Counted from the first letter of the stretch, positions 12,271-26,329 are shown. The stretch: DNA of 64,000 nucleotides from Octopus vulgaris (GCA_951406725.2 OX597842.1:1922001-1986000); one strand, 5' to 3'. Translations and numbers: made by a program. Notes: generated from the letters alone by a model not told the origin.

Positions 12271-12452
12271 TCAGAAAGAGAGAGAGTCATATTTGAATCC
12301 ATAAATGCATATATGCATTAATTTCTACATGAATTTAAATATGTGAATATACATATACATACATGTGTGTGCGTATAAAATACATGAATGTTACTCTGTA
12401 TATATATATACCTAACTGCATGTAAGTATGGTGCATGTGTGTGTATATGTAA

Positions 12453-12492
<40 letters not shown>

Positions 12493-12517
12493 TTATATGT
12501 GCATAAATTATGGCAAT

Positions 12518-12592
<75 letters not shown>

Positions 12593-12850
12593 CATATATA
12601 TACATACATATATATATACATATATATATATACATATATATATATACATATGTATATACATATATATATACACACATATATACACATATATACACACACA
12701 CATATATATATATATATATACTTATATGTGCATATATTATGGCAATGTTTATTTCACAATATATACATGTGTATTAGAAAATAAGTATTTGCATACATAT
12801 ATAAACACACACACACACACAGATATATATATATAAATATATACATATAT
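11920..12850. repeat. (TACA)n/(TA)n/(CA)n compound microsatellite
   Basis: Direct inspection. Confidence 0.95.
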
Positions 12851-13249
12851 TCAGAATTGTCCGGTAAGTTTTCTTAAGCCAAAAAAAAAAAAAAAAAACT
12901 GGCATTCATATATAAAATACCATGGTGAGCATATTATTTATACTGTATAATAAATCTAGGCTCATAGCGGCCAAGTCATGATCCAAATGGTAACATGTTA
13001 AGTAACCTTTCAAGCATGGAAAGTTTGATTAACAGTCACCAGGCACAGCCAAATGGAAGACTATAGTTTAGTCTCGGTTGATACTAGAGGAACTGGCCTT
13101 TAGACCAACCTAAATAAACTACTGCACTCAGTCAAGCACCAGATTATTCTTGCAACTTCGGCTGATTCTTCTTGAGATTGCTGGACAGCCCCAAGGAATA
13201 ACTGAGCTAAGAACATTAGATTCTTTGGAAGAAAGCAGTGAATGTATAC

Positions 13250-13442
13250 AAAAAGATAGACAGACAGACAGATGGATGGATGGATAGATAGAAAGATAGA
13301 CAGACAGACAGATGGATGGATGGATAGATAGAAAGATAGACAGACAGACGGATGGATGGATGGATGGATAGAAAGATAGACAGACAGACGGATGGATGGA
13401 TGGTTAGAAAGATAGATAGACGGACGGACGGACGGACGGACG

Positions 13443-13500
<58 letters not shown>

Positions 13501-13750
13501 TAGTTATAGACAGACAGATAGATAGATAGATAGATACATACATACATACATACATACATACATAGGAAAATAGAGATATATATACAGGCAGAGAGACAGA
13601 TATATACATATAGATGGCTAGGGAGAGAGAGGGATGGATAGATACATATATATATATAAAGAAATAGAGAGATAGATATACACACAGAGAGATATATACT
13701 TAGTTATAGATAGCGAGATAGACAGACAGATACACAGATTGACAGAGATA
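13250..13750. repeat. (GATA/GACA/GACG/GATG)n compound microsatellite
   Basis: Direct inspection. Confidence 0.95.
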
Positions 13751-14269
13751 GATTGTTGCAACCCCTCCTCTAGGCCTCTAGCTTTTGCGTAAAAATCAAT
13801 GAACTTAAAAATCAATCAATAAACTGGGTCTCTAATTTGAATTAGTAAATATATATACTTCACACAATATACACTTAATTATATCAGGAGTCAGCGTTTG
13901 AAGTGGGGGTTGAAGTGGGGGTTGTTTGGGACAGGGAAATGAAAGGCTGGGTAGGTGGCTCAGTCGGTAGAGCCCTGAAGAGATTAATACCGTGAATAGT
14001 GTGGTTGGGAGGAGCGAGTAAGAGAAGTTGGGAGGGAGTGATGTATTTTCAGTGAAGAACAATAGACAGGAGAGAAAACTGAAGGATGGAGTAAATGAGT
14101 ATGTATGTATCATCAGTTAATGTCCATTTTCCATGCTGGCATGGGTTGGACCGTTTGACAGGAGCTGGCAAGGCCAGGAGCTGCACCAGGTTCGGATGGC
14201 TGTTTTGGTTTGGTTTCTACAGTAAGACGCCCTTCCTAGTGACAACAACATCACAGAGTGTTAGGGTCA

Positions 14270-14547
14270 TCTCTCTTTACTCTTTACTTGTTTCAGGCAT
14301 TTGACTGTGGCCATGCTGGAGCACCGCCTTTAGCCAAGCAAATCGACCCCGGGACTTATTCTTTGTAAGCCCAGTACTTATTCTATCGGTCTGTTTTGCC
14401 GAACCACTAAGTTATGGGGACGTAAACACACCAGCATCAGTTGTCAAGCGATGTTGGGAGGGTGGGGACAAACACAGACACACAAATACACACACACACA
14501 CATACATAGGAAAATAGAGATATATATACAGGCAGAGAGACAGATAG

Positions 14548-14593
<46 letters not shown>

Positions 14594-14643
14594 ACACCAG
14601 CATCAGTTATCAAGCAATGCTAGGGGGACAGACACAAACACAC

Positions 14644-14706
<63 letters not shown>

Positions 14707-14872
14707 CATGTATACGACGGGCTTCTTTCAGTTTCCATCTACCAAATCCATTCACAAGGCTTTGGTCGGCCTGAGGCTATAGTAGAAGACACTTACCCAA
14801 GGTGCCACACAGTGGGACTGAACCCAGAACCATGTGGTTCGTAAGCAAGCTACTTACCACACAGCCACTCCT
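14270..14872 (-). mobile_element. SINE family A with internal duplication
   Basis: Family motifs; aaacacaccagcatcagtt duplicated at 14424 and 14590. Confidence 0.85.
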
Positions 14873-15330
14873 CTCTACAGATTTTTCATCAAAATTATAG
14901 CCAGCACTGATTTCATAACAATTCATATCTGAGACGTCAGACATAAACAAACAATGAGATCTAAGATGAAAAAATAGGTGATGGGCATATTTCCCATATT
15001 TCAGTTTTTTTGATTTTTTGGGTTTTTTTTTTGCTCTTGAAATAGGGAATATATATGGTCATTTACCATTTTTTCATGTTCAATCTCATTGTTTGTTTAC
15101 ATCAGATGTCTTGGATAGGAAAAAACATCATAACAAAATGCACTGCAGCTGGTGCCACATAAAAAGCAGCCAGTACACTTTGTGGAGCGGTTAGCATTAG
15201 GAAGGGCATCCAGCTATAGAAAGCATGCCAAATCAGACAAAGAATCCTGGTGTAACCCTTGGCCATAACAGCTCCAGTCAAACTGGCCAACCTACACCAG
15301 CATGGAAAATGGATCTTAAATGATGATGAT

Positions 15331-15369
<39 letters not shown>

Positions 15370-15686
15370 TAGGCTTCTTTTAGTTTCCCTTTACCAAATC
15401 CACTGACAAGTCTTTGATTGGCCTTAGGCTATAGTAGAAAACATTTGCTCAAGGTGACATGCAGTGGGCCTGAACTTGGAACCATGTAGCCAGGAGGTAG
15501 ACTTCTTACCACACAGCCATATCTATCACTATGTATATTTAAAATCACAATAAGGGTAAAAAAAATTGAATATTAATTAATAACATCAATTTAAAACACC
15601 AAGTGGTCTAGCGTATAAAGACTGGGATACAGTAAAAATTATTAATCATTAATTATTAATAATTATCACTATATATATATATATAT

Positions 15687-16080
15687 ACTAGCAGTATAGC
15701 CCAGCGTTGCTCGGGCTTGTTTTCTTTTCAACCCTTTAGAATTGGAATTTTTGAAAAGTAAAAATTTTGCATTATGTAGCTTGTTATTCTCTTTAAGTGA
15801 ACATTCTCCTGGTTGAAATACATCGAAAAATGGTGACACAGCAGTAAAAAGAATCGTAAAAAATAGGGATTTTCATAGAAAAAAAAAGCACCCTTTTGAT
15901 GTAATTTTTGGTGTTAACATGGTCCGATTTGAATTTTTTTCTTCTACGGAAGGAAGAGCAAGCCTTCTTCTATCATACTCTCAATTTTGGTCAACTTGCG
16001 CCACAAGGGTCTTGGAGGAGATGGTGTTAGTTGAAGGCTACCAAACCTGCCACACAGACAACTTCAGCTTTATATATATA
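15687..16080 (-). mobile_element. Non-autonomous Helitron
   Basis: Minus strand starts tatatatataaagctgaagttgtctgtgtg and ends with hairpin gcccgagcaacgctgggc followed by tatactgCTAGt, the Helitron-type 3' end; lies in (TA)n. Confidence 0.75.
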
Positions 16081-16683
16081 TATTACATTATTATCTTATA
16101 TTATACACACACACACACAGATATATATATATAAGACAATCTTACAAATGTATTCAGTTGAGACTATCCTCACAATTTTGAGAAAAGAACTCCCATTGGA
16201 AATATTCCAAATCTATAAACAGCAAACGAGGACTAAAACTCAAAAAATATACCTCTTAATCTAATTTAAATGCTAAATGTTGCAAACACAAACAACCCCA
16301 ATCCCCCCACCCACTGATTTAAAATTATTGATTTCTCATGTTTGTTTGAAAAATTATTGGTTTTTACACTCACTAAACAACACGCCTGCCTAATTGCCAG
16401 TCTACCTACATAATTACATACAAGTTATCGCAACCAAACCATCCTAGCTCCCACCCGCATCGTGATCGTCATCAGTAGCCATCAGCCAGGTGCTGGTTTG
16501 CCGAAAGTCTTCAGTTCTTTGCTCTGGTTTGTGTCTCATACATGCAATCGGCCAAATTGCTTCTGGTCAGTTCTTTGATGCCATCAATCTGCAAGCATCT
16601 CTGACCGCATCTTGCTGTCTTCCCACCCACATGTCCTGCCAGGATGGTCAAAAGCAGTGACTCCTGGCACACTCATCATCATC

Positions 16684-17185
16684 ATTGTTCGACCATGGTC
16701 GAGACAATGGAATTTACCATGCTACGCCAGACTTCACGGTCCATCATAGCATTACAGAGGTCATGTTGCTGGGTGCCTGAATCCCTGGAGATTACATCAG
16801 GGTAGGAGAGTGTGCGCCCTCTGGTATTGCGACCGTGGTCGAGACAATGGAATTTACCATGCTACGCCAGACTTCACAGTCCATCATAGCATTACGGAGG
16901 TCCTGTTGCTGGATGCCTGTATCCCTGGAGATTACATCAGGGTAGGGGAGTGTGCGCCCTCTGGTACTGCGACCGTGGTCGAGACAATGGAATTTACCAT
17001 GCTAAGCCAGACTTCACGGTCCATCACAGCATTACGGAGGTCCTGTTGCTGGATGCCTGTATCCCTGGAGATTACATCAGGGTAGGAGAGTGTACGTCCT
17101 CTGGTATTGCGAGTAGATGGCTTCCAGAGGAGAAGAGTAGAAATTGCCTCGTTTTCAGCTCTACAACAATGTCCAGAACGTTGTA
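16684..17185 (-). mobile_element. RTE-clade LINE 3' fragment with ~140-bp 3' end triplicated
   Basis: GHCCRAENE..LLLWKP..GRTLSYPDVISRDTG..DLRNAVMDREVW resembles an RTE/RTE-X ORF C-terminus; unit repeats at ~16690, 16829, 16969; (GAT)n tail. Confidence 0.75.
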
Positions 17186-17221
17186 GAACCTGGCACACTG
17201 CATGTGTGTGTGTATGTGTGA

Positions 17222-17562
17222 AGGTACATGGCTCAGTGGTTAGATCGTCAGAATCACAATTACGAGGTAGTGAGTTCAATTCTTGGACTGAGCTGTGTGT
17301 GGTGCTCTTGAGCAAGACACTTTATTTCATGTTGCTCCAGTTCACTCAACTGTAGAAATGAGTTGTGACATCACTGGTGCCAAGCTGTATCGGCCCCTTT
17401 GCCTTTCCCTTGGATAAAATTGGTGGCATGGAGAGGGGAGGCCAGTATGCATGGGCGACTGCTGGTCTTCCATAAACAACACTGTCCAGAATTGAGCCTC
17501 AGAGAGGAACTTTCTAGGTGCAATCCCATGGTCAGTCATGACTGAAGGGGGTCTTTACCCTA
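17222..17562 (+). mobile_element. tRNA-derived SINE (another family)
   Basis: tggctcagtggttaga A-box, gagttcaattct B-box, cttgagcaagacacttta core. Confidence 0.7.
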
Positions 17563-18197
17563 TACTCTTACTCTTTACTCTTCTACTTGTTTCAGTCATT
17601 TGACTGCGGCCATGCTGGAGCACCACCTTTAATCAAGCAACTCGACCCCGGGACTTATTCTTTTGTAAGCCCAGTACTTACTCTATCGGTCTCTTTTGCC
17701 GAACCGCTAAGTAATGGGGACAAACACAGACACACAAATACACACATGCGCATATATATATATATGTATATATATATATACAAATTGAGATAGGGGTTGT
17801 AAATGCAACCCTCCATGGGATAACATATATCCAATATACTGCTAGTGAAGTACCCAACACGTTAATACATAAATGTTAAGGATTGCGATGCAATCAATTC
17901 ATTTACTGTATTATATGGGCAAAGGTAAAATGTTTTACCACAAATTCATAATACAAAATAAGAAAATGGAGAAATACATCTAAATCAATTATCAACTACC
18001 AGATAATACCCAATCACATAATTTATTAAACCACGACATATGAACATTTAAGTCAAACATATTAATATAGAACAAAACAGTGTACATGAAGGAATGTACA
18101 TAAAAATGTGTACATAAAAGAGTAATGTTGTATAATAAGTAGAATATATATAAAAAAGAGAATATAAATATAAGTAAATATAAATATAAGTATAGAT

Positions 18198-18330
18198 TAC
18201 ATCTTACAGCTGTTTCGGCCATGTAGATAAGTATGTCCCATTTTACCAATATTAGCCTTTTATGGTAGGTCAATATATAGATATAAATGAGACATTTACA
18301 AAAATATCATAAGGCCTCTTCGGAGATATA
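18198..18330 (-). ncRNA. Type I hammerhead motif with ~90-nt stem II insert (left arm)
   Basis: Mirror of 19171-19303. Confidence 0.75.
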
Positions 18331-19170
18331 CAAATACATATGAGTGCATATACTCACACTCCTATACATATAAAAATATACATATACATAATAATGTAAA
18401 TAAATAATATAAATTAGTAAACATATATATGTTCCATATTCAATGTTTCAGTTTTTCAACTTAATATTGTGATAATAAACATACACATATTAGTACCTAG
18501 ATGCAAATATACATAGTCAATAGTACATTATATTACTTCCTACTAATTTCTAAAGTGTCATTAAAGTTAGCATCATTATCGTTGTCAATACCATTAATGC
18601 TACTATTATTATCATTCATAATATTATTAATAACGCTTACATTAGGATCCAAAGTGGCACATATGTCTGTCCGGGTTCCAGTTAGTAATTTTCCTTATGA
18701 CATAAATACACTATTGGATTTGAATTTAAATTATCATTGTCTTCCTCATGGTTGGTCCGTTGAGAGCCGCCCGACCTCCACCACACCGCACAAGAAAAAC
18801 ATCCACGGAAAATTACTAACTGGAACCCGGACAGACATATGTGCCACTTTGGATCCTAATGTAAGCGTTATTAATAATATTATGAATGATAATAATGGTA
18901 ACATTAATGGTATTGACAACGATAATGATGCTAACTTTAATGACACTTAGGAAATTAGTAGGAAGTAATATAATGTACTATTGACTATGTATATTTGCAT
19001 CTAGGTACTAATATGTGTATGTTTATTATCACAATATTAAGTTAAAAAACTAAAACATTGAATGTGGAACATATATATGTTTACTAATTAATATTATTTA
19101 TTTACATTATTATGTATATGTATATTTTTATATGTATAGGAGTGTGAGTATATGCACTCATATGTATATG

Positions 19171-19303
19171 TATATCTCCGAAGAGGCCTTATGATATTTT
19201 TGTAAATGTCTCATTTATATCCATATATTGACCTACCATAAAAGGCTAATATTGGTAAAATGGGACATACTTATCTACATGGCCGAAACAGCTGTAAGAT
19301 GTA
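19171..19303 (+). ncRNA. Type I hammerhead motif with ~90-nt stem II insert (right arm)
   Basis: tatatct-CCGAAGA-ggcc[...]ggcc-GAAAC-agct-GTA-agatgta; 7-bp stem I, palindromic stem III acagctgt. Confidence 0.75.
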
Positions 19304-19548
19304 ATCTATACTTATATTTATATTTACTTATATTTATATTCTCTTTTTTATATATATTCTACTTATTATACAACATTACTCTTTTATGTACACATTTTTA
19401 TGTACATTCCTTTATGCACACTGATTTGTTCTGCTTTTTTATGTTTAACCCTACAGTCTCTTATGTGGTGGTTTAATAAAGTATGTGATTGAGTATTATC
19501 TGGTAATTGATATTTGATTTGGATGTATTTCTCCATTTTCTCATCTTG

Positions 19549-19600
<52 letters not shown>

Positions 19601-20164
19601 TACAATGGGCTTCTTTCAGTTTCCGTCTACCAAATCCACTCACAAGGCTTTGGTCGGCCCGAGGCTAAAATAGAAGATATTTGCCCAAGGTGCCACGCAG
19701 TGGGACTGAACCCGGAACCATGTGGTTGGTAAATAAGTTACTTACCACACAGCCACTCCTGCGCCTATATATATATACATACATACACACACATGTAGAG
19801 AGAGCACTAGGCAGAGTAGTAAGGGAGTTGCATTCACGAGTTGAAGATTGTGGTTTCAATTCCTAGACCGAGTGGTGCATTGTGTTCTTGAGCAAAACAC
19901 TTTATCTCACATTGCTTTGCCATCACTTCGACACCATATGCGCAGTACGCCATGCACTTGTCCCGGTAAAGTCCGTTTGATGGAGAGAGCGATCTACTGT
20001 GCAGCATAAACATTTGATCACTATAAGCAAATCACTGGTGCAGGTCATTTAGCGAAAACTGACCACTCATACATTATCTTCCATGGGAGAGCCCACCACT
20101 GATATTGCTTAATTTCTTCCGACCTGACAACCTAATAGCACAAATCAGTAAATATTGTTGACTG

Positions 20165-20545
20165 TTTCAGTTAAAGCTGATGACAGGAATGTTGATAGGA
20201 GTATGTATTTCTAGCATCTCTATGTCTAACTAACCTAGAAACTGCATTCTCAAGTAATCGATGTACGTGTGATCTTTCATTGTTTTTCCCTCTATATCTG
20301 CGTGAATTATTTTTGAGTATACATTGTCTGGGAGACTTTTCTTATAGTAGAGGAAATAGCTAAAATTCTTTGGCTGCTATTTCTAAAAGTTCGGTGTGTG
20401 GTAAAGTAAATTTTTTTTACTGAACCCTAATTATATAACGTAATGTTTTAAATATACCGTAAATGGTCCTTTTACATACTGAACACTACTTGGTAAAATT
20501 ATTAATTAATAATTAATTAATTTTACCTTTTTATTATTGACTATA
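20165..20545 (+). mobile_element. PLE-type short 3'-end element with a degenerate HHR (CTGATGA at 20177, GAAAC at ~20239)
   Basis: 3' part homologous to 56487-56693 and to the reverse complement of 8770-8940; ends at (TA)n. Confidence 0.55.
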
Positions 20546-21177
20546 TATATATATATATATATATTTATAAATGAGGGTGAAAAATTGATATTAATTTAAT
20601 AATACCATTAATTTAACACCGATTGGCTTAGCACTAGGGAGAAAATACAAATTTATACATAAATTATTAGAGAGTTACCACTATGTGGATAGCTCTAGTG
20701 CTAAAAATAGCTCCGATAGTATAGCCACAGAAATGATGTTTCCAACTAGAAATAACATTACATTTAACGGAAGGAAAGTGAAACATAACGAATAAATAGA
20801 TTGACCCTGAACAATTGTTTCATTACTAATGTAATATATAATTTTACTTACATAAACATCTGCATAATAGGTAAAACAGAATTAATAAATCCAGGCAAAT
20901 ATCTATAAAGCACCCAATGTTAAATGAATTTGGTTAACTATATTCAACAAGCAGATACCAATAAATTCAAGTGGAATAAACATTCCACTTGAATGTTTTT
21001 AATTTTTCATGAATGACAAGTAGATCTAAATATCATTGAGGAGAATGTCAAGAAATTCAGAGTATAAAGCCACAAGAATGGTGAAAATCACATCTTTAAT
21101 TGAGCATTACACTATACAATACCAACAATCATTTCCATTCTGTCAGTAGATCTATATACGTATAAAATACCAGTCAT

Positions 21178-21411
21178 ATCATCATCATCATCATCATCAT
21201 CATTTAGCGTCCGTTTTCCATGCTAGCATGGGTTGGACGGTTCAACTGGGGTCTGGGGAGCCCGAAGGCTGCACCAGGCCAGTCAGATCTGGCAGTGTTT
21301 CTACAGCTGGATGCCCTTCCTAACGCCAACCACTCCGAGAGTGTAGTGGGTGATTTTATGTGCCACCGACACAGGTGCCAGACGAGGCTGGCGAACGGCC
21401 ACGCTCGGATA
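21178..21411 (-). mobile_element. (GAT)n-tailed element, truncated
   Basis: Near-identical to 1345-1560. Confidence 0.85.
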
Positions 21412-21826
21412 TAGGCGCAGGAGTGGCTGTGTGGTAAGTAGCTTGCTTACCAACCACATGGTTCCGGGTTCAGTTCCACTGCGTGGCATCTTGGGTAAGT
21501 GTCTTCTACTATAGCCTCGGGCCAACCAAAGCCTTGTGAGTAAATTTGGTAGACGGAAACTGAAAGAAGCCCATCGTATATATGTATGTATATATATATG
21601 TGTCTATGTGTGTGCGTGTATGTTTGTGTGTCTGTGTTTGTCTCCCTAGCATTGCTTGACAACCGATGCTGGTGTGTTTATGTCCCCCGTTACTTAGTGG
21701 TTCGGCAAAAGAGACCGATAGAATAAGTACTGGGCTTACAAAGAATAAGTCCCGGGGTCGAGTTGCTCGACTAAAGGCGGTGCTCCAGCATGGCCACAGT
21801 CAACTGACTGAAACAATTAAAAGAGT
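21412..21826 (+). mobile_element. SINE family A, full length
   Basis: taggcgcaggagtggctgtgtggtaag ... aaaagagta. Confidence 0.9.
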
Positions 21827-21877
21827 ATGTATGTATGTATTAGAAAGTTTGGAGGTGATGTACAGGTATTATATATT

Positions 21878-22077
21878 AGGTACTCAGAAATCTGGATGGT
21901 TATACATTTACAGATTTTTATTAATATGCCACATGTTTTTATAAATCATATATTAGTGCTTGCATCTACTCTGAAGATTCTACTAGTAGATGCAAGCACT
22001 GATATATGATTTATAAAATCATGTGGCATATTAATAAAAATCTGTAAATGTAAAACCATCCAGATTTCTGAGTACCT
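21878..22077. repeat. 93-bp-arm fold-back, 14-bp spacer
   Basis: 21878-21970 vs 21985-22077; an unfolded relative lies at ~35965-36130. Confidence 0.9.
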
Positions 22078-22084
22078 TATTTCT

Positions 22085-22833
22085 TCTCAGACTAGTCAGG
22101 CCATAACCCGTGGCCCCTACCTGGGACGTAGTCAGTCCACCTGTGCATACCTTCCTTCTTGTGACACTTGTGAAGACCTGTTGAGGCAAGTGAAAATCAA
22201 ATCAAATCAAATCAAAACAAATCAAAATAGATGAACATTAATGGAACTTGTATCTTTGTGGTACCAGTGCCGGTGGCACACAAGAAAACCATCCGAACGT
22301 GGCCATACCCTGTACCGCATCAACTGGCCTCCGTGCTGTGGGCACGTAACAAACACCATCCGATCATGGCCGTTCGCCAGCCTCATATGGCACCTGTGTC
22401 AGTGGCACATAAAAACACCATCCGAGCATGGCCGTCTGCCAGCCTCGTCTGGCACCTGTGTCGGTGGCACACAAAAAACACCATCCGAGCGTGGCCGTTC
22501 GCCAGCCTCGTCTGGCACCTGTGTCGGTGGCACACAAAAAAACACCATCCGAGCGTGGCCGTCTGCCAGCCTCGTCTGGCACCTGTGTCGGTGGCACACA
22601 AAAAAACACCATCCGAGCGTGGCCGTTCGCCAGCCTCGTCTGGCACCTGTGTCGGTGGCACATAAAATCACCCACTACACTCACGGAGTGGTTGGTGTTA
22701 GGAAGGGCATCCAGCTGTAGAAACACTGCCAGATCTGACTGGCCTGGTGCAGCCTTCGGGCTCCCCAGACCCCAGTTGAACCGTCCAACCCATGCTAGCA
22801 TGGAAAGCGGACGTTAAATGATGATGATGATGA
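22085..22833 (+). mobile_element. (GAT)n-tailed element with ~63-bp minisatellite (~5-6 units)
   Basis: Reverse complement of the 1343-2240 family. Confidence 0.85.
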
Positions 22834-22994
22834 TATATATATGTTTGTATGCATTCTTAGACAATGACAGTGAGATCTAATAAAGGACTTATTTAAATAA
22901 TCACCTGAGGAGATGCATTTTATACTCTGGATATATGATAAATTATTACACATCTCATCAATGTACTAAAATGTAAAAATGTGTTGAAACAATT

Positions 22995-25398
22995 GTAGTG
23001 GAGGTGAAGGCGATGGTGGTGATGTTGGTTGTGTTTGGGACATGGTGTTGGTGATGGTGAATATGGTGGTGGCATTAGAGTAATAATAGTGGTGGTGGTG
23101 TTGGTGTGGCTGCAACAGTGGTGGTGGTGGTAGCAGATGTGATGAAGATGATGGTGGAGGTGATAGTGGTAATGGCGGTATTGTGGTGCTGGTGGTGCTG
23201 TTGTTACTGGTGTGATTGTAGTAGTAGTAGTAGTGGTGGTCATGCATTGTTGTGGCAGAGTGACAGTGTAGGATGGTGCACCCTCGCAGTGACACACGGT
23301 GGCATACTTATATGATGATGTACAGATATAAGCAGTGTAAGTGTACAGCGATATTGTCTCACAGTGCCACCACAACAGTGAGATAGCATAGCAGCTAGCA
23401 GCATGACTATAACAAAGTAGCCTCACAGTGTCACATATGGTATGCTAGACACACTAAAGTGTTGGCAACCTCTTGATCTTGACTCTTCTATAAAATTATT
23501 GCGTGAGGGAGAAGTGGATCGAGAGGATAGGGGATAGTGGGAGGAGATGCATGAAGGGGGAAGGGTAAGTTTGGTGTATAATGGATGGGAAGTGAGGTGG
23601 GATAAAAAAAACATTGGCAGTTGTGCTGTCTACAAGGGGTGGACAGTGGGAGGTTTTGGAGGCTGAGGGCAGGTTGAGTGTTTTAGGAATTTAACCACAG
23701 CCATCTGTTCCTTAAATACAATTAGGGACCAATTTACTCAACAGCCACACACCACTATGACCATCACTACTACAACTGTTCCTACAGCCTTCACTGCCAC
23801 CACTGTTAGCACCACAACTACTGTCACCTGTACAACTGTCACTCTTGTCATGACCACCACTATCAACCCTATGATCAGCACTATCACCACCACCATGGTG
23901 ACTGTCGCCATCGTTAACATTATCATTACAACCACCACTAAAACCATCACCACCACCACCACCACCATAATCACCATCACCACTACCACCATAATCACCG
24001 TCACCACTACCACCACCATCATAACTACCACAATCAATTTCACAACCACAACTTCATCACCACAACCACCGCTAACCAGCATCACCACCACCACCACACT
24101 TCACCACCAGCACGCTCCATCACCGCTACAACCACAACTACAATCCACTACTACCACTGCTACAACTATAACCATGGCCTCAACCATCCCACCACAACTA
24201 GCATGGACAGTATAAGTACCATTCTTACTACCACAGTAACTACAACCAAATCCACCTTCAACCAATAGAACCTCAACCATTTGTGCTACAACAAACACTA
24301 CTACCACCATCACAATCACCACACCTTTCACCCACCATCACAACTACCACTACAACCACAACCACCACCACTACAATATGTACAACATCTGACATCACCG
24401 TTGATGCCCCACCGCTACAGCAACATAACCACCACCACCACCGCCACCGCCACTCCTGCTGCTACCACCATTGTCACTGCAGTGATGGCCACCCCTTACT
24501 ACCACCTTCTCAATCTAATTAATGTGTAGAATATTGTTCTCAAGCAATTGTTGTAGCGGTGGTGGTGGTGGTGGTGGTGGTGGTGATAGTGATTGCCGGT
24601 GTTCTAGTAGTGGTGGTAGTAGTAGTAGAGTAGTGGTAGTAGTGGCGGTGGTGGTGGTAGTTGCTCTAATAGTAGTAGTAAGGGTGGGGGTGTAGTAGTT
24701 GTTCTAGTAGTAGTAGTAGTGGTAGTAGTGGTGGTGGTGGTGGTGGTGGTGGTGGGGGTAGTTGTTCTAAAGTGGTGGTGGTGGTTGTGGCGGTAGTGGT
24801 AATTGTGGTAGTGGTGTAGTAGTGGTTCTAGTGGTGGTGGTAATAGTAGTAGTGGTGGTGGTAGTAGCAGTGGTGGTGACAGTCATGGTGGAGCAGGTGA
24901 TGGTGGTGCTGATTGTAGTGGCAGTAGTTGGTGGTGGTAGCAGTGATGGCTGTGGTGATGGTGGTGGGTGTGGTAGTGGTTTGCATGGGGGTGGTCACGG
25001 TTGCGGTGGTGGTGGTAGTGGTGGTGGCATTAAAGGGTTGGTGTTGGCAGTAGCAGTGATGATTACAGATGGTGCTGGTGGCAACGGTGACAGAGGTGGT
25101 GGTGGTGGTGGTGGTGGTGGTGGTGGTGGTGGTGCCGTCAATCTAAAGACATGAGGTGGAAGGGCACGGAGACATCTCACTTATAAAGTGTGGGTGGGTC
25201 GGTGGGTGTGTGCATTATTAGCTTTCCTCTTACCGCCACTGCTCCACTCCTGCCTCTTGCCTCCTCCTCCTCCCACCACTCACCTACTTCAGCTTCCACT
25301 TCAGCTTATCACCATCTGATTATTTTACACACATTCAATCACCTAATTACATTGATGATGATGACGATAATGATGATGATGATGACGAACAGTGCTGG

Positions 25399-25429
<31 letters not shown>

Positions 25430-25449
25430 GATGATGACGACAGTGCTGG

Positions 25450-25480
<31 letters not shown>

Positions 25481-25500
25481 GATGATGACGACAGTGCTGG

Positions 25501-25531
<31 letters not shown>

Positions 25532-25551
25532 GATGATGACGACAGTGCTGG

Positions 25552-25582
<31 letters not shown>

Positions 25583-25790
25583 GGCGACAGTGCTAGTGAT
25601 GATGATGACGATGATGATGTGAGGATGATGGTGATGATGACGATGATGATGATGATGGTGATGGTGGTGGTGATGATGATGTTGATGATGATAGTGAGGA
25701 TGATGGTCATGATGATGATGGCGATGGTGGTGGTGATGATGATGATGATGATGATGATGGTGATGGTGGTGGTGGTGGTGGTGATGATGA

Positions 25791-25824
<34 letters not shown>

Positions 25825-26115
25825 GGTGGTGGTGTGATGATGATGATGATGATGATGATGGTGATGGTGATTATGATGATGGTGATGATGATGGTGATGA
25901 TGATTATGATAATGATGATGGTGATGGTGGTGGCAATGATGATGATGATGGTGATGGTGATGATGATGATGATGAAGCTGGTGGTAATGGTGGTGGTAGC
26001 AGTGGTTGTGGTGATGATAACAGTGGTGGTGGTAGTGATGGTTGTGGAGACAATGATGGTGATGATGATGATGATAGTTATGATGATAGTTGATTATGTT
26101 TATGATAATGATGGT
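22995..26115. repeat. Trinucleotide low-complexity block (GGT/ACC/GTA/GAT) including a 51-bp higher-order (GAT) repeat at ~25390-25600
   Basis: acagtgctggtgatgat.. recurs every 51 bp. Confidence 0.9.
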
Positions 26116-26329
26116 ACTGGAGACTGTGAATGCTCACTCATGATGTAATTGTGTGTGTGTGTGTGTGTGTGTATGTATATGTAGAAGATAATGCATGTAT
26201 GTGAGTGAATATATTTGCTTGATGTGTGTGTGTGTGTGTGTGTATGCATCTATATGCTTATCTGTCTATATATCTGTCAATCCAGCAGTCTATCTATCCG
26301 TTCATCTTTATCTATTTCTGTTACAGTTC

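Larger units (their letters stand above)
17950..19551. repeat. ~745-bp-arm inverted repeat of a non-coding HHR-bearing element; 112-bp spacer (18695-18806)
   Basis: Arms 17950-18694 and 18807-19551 are reverse complements with scattered substitutions; identical short ORFs appear on opposite strands in the track. Confidence 0.95.
17570..19765 (-). mobile_element. SINE family A split by an insertion into its internal (TA)n
   Basis: 3' part at 17570-17745, 5' part at 19595-19765. Confidence 0.75.

Noticed and set aside
21412-21485. tRNA genes at SINE heads
   Set aside because: A/B-box heads continue into SINE bodies; no acceptor stem or full cloverleaf
23757-26148. Mucin-like poly-Thr, poly-Val and poly-Asp ORFs
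   Set aside because: Trinucleotide microsatellites with no splice or domain support
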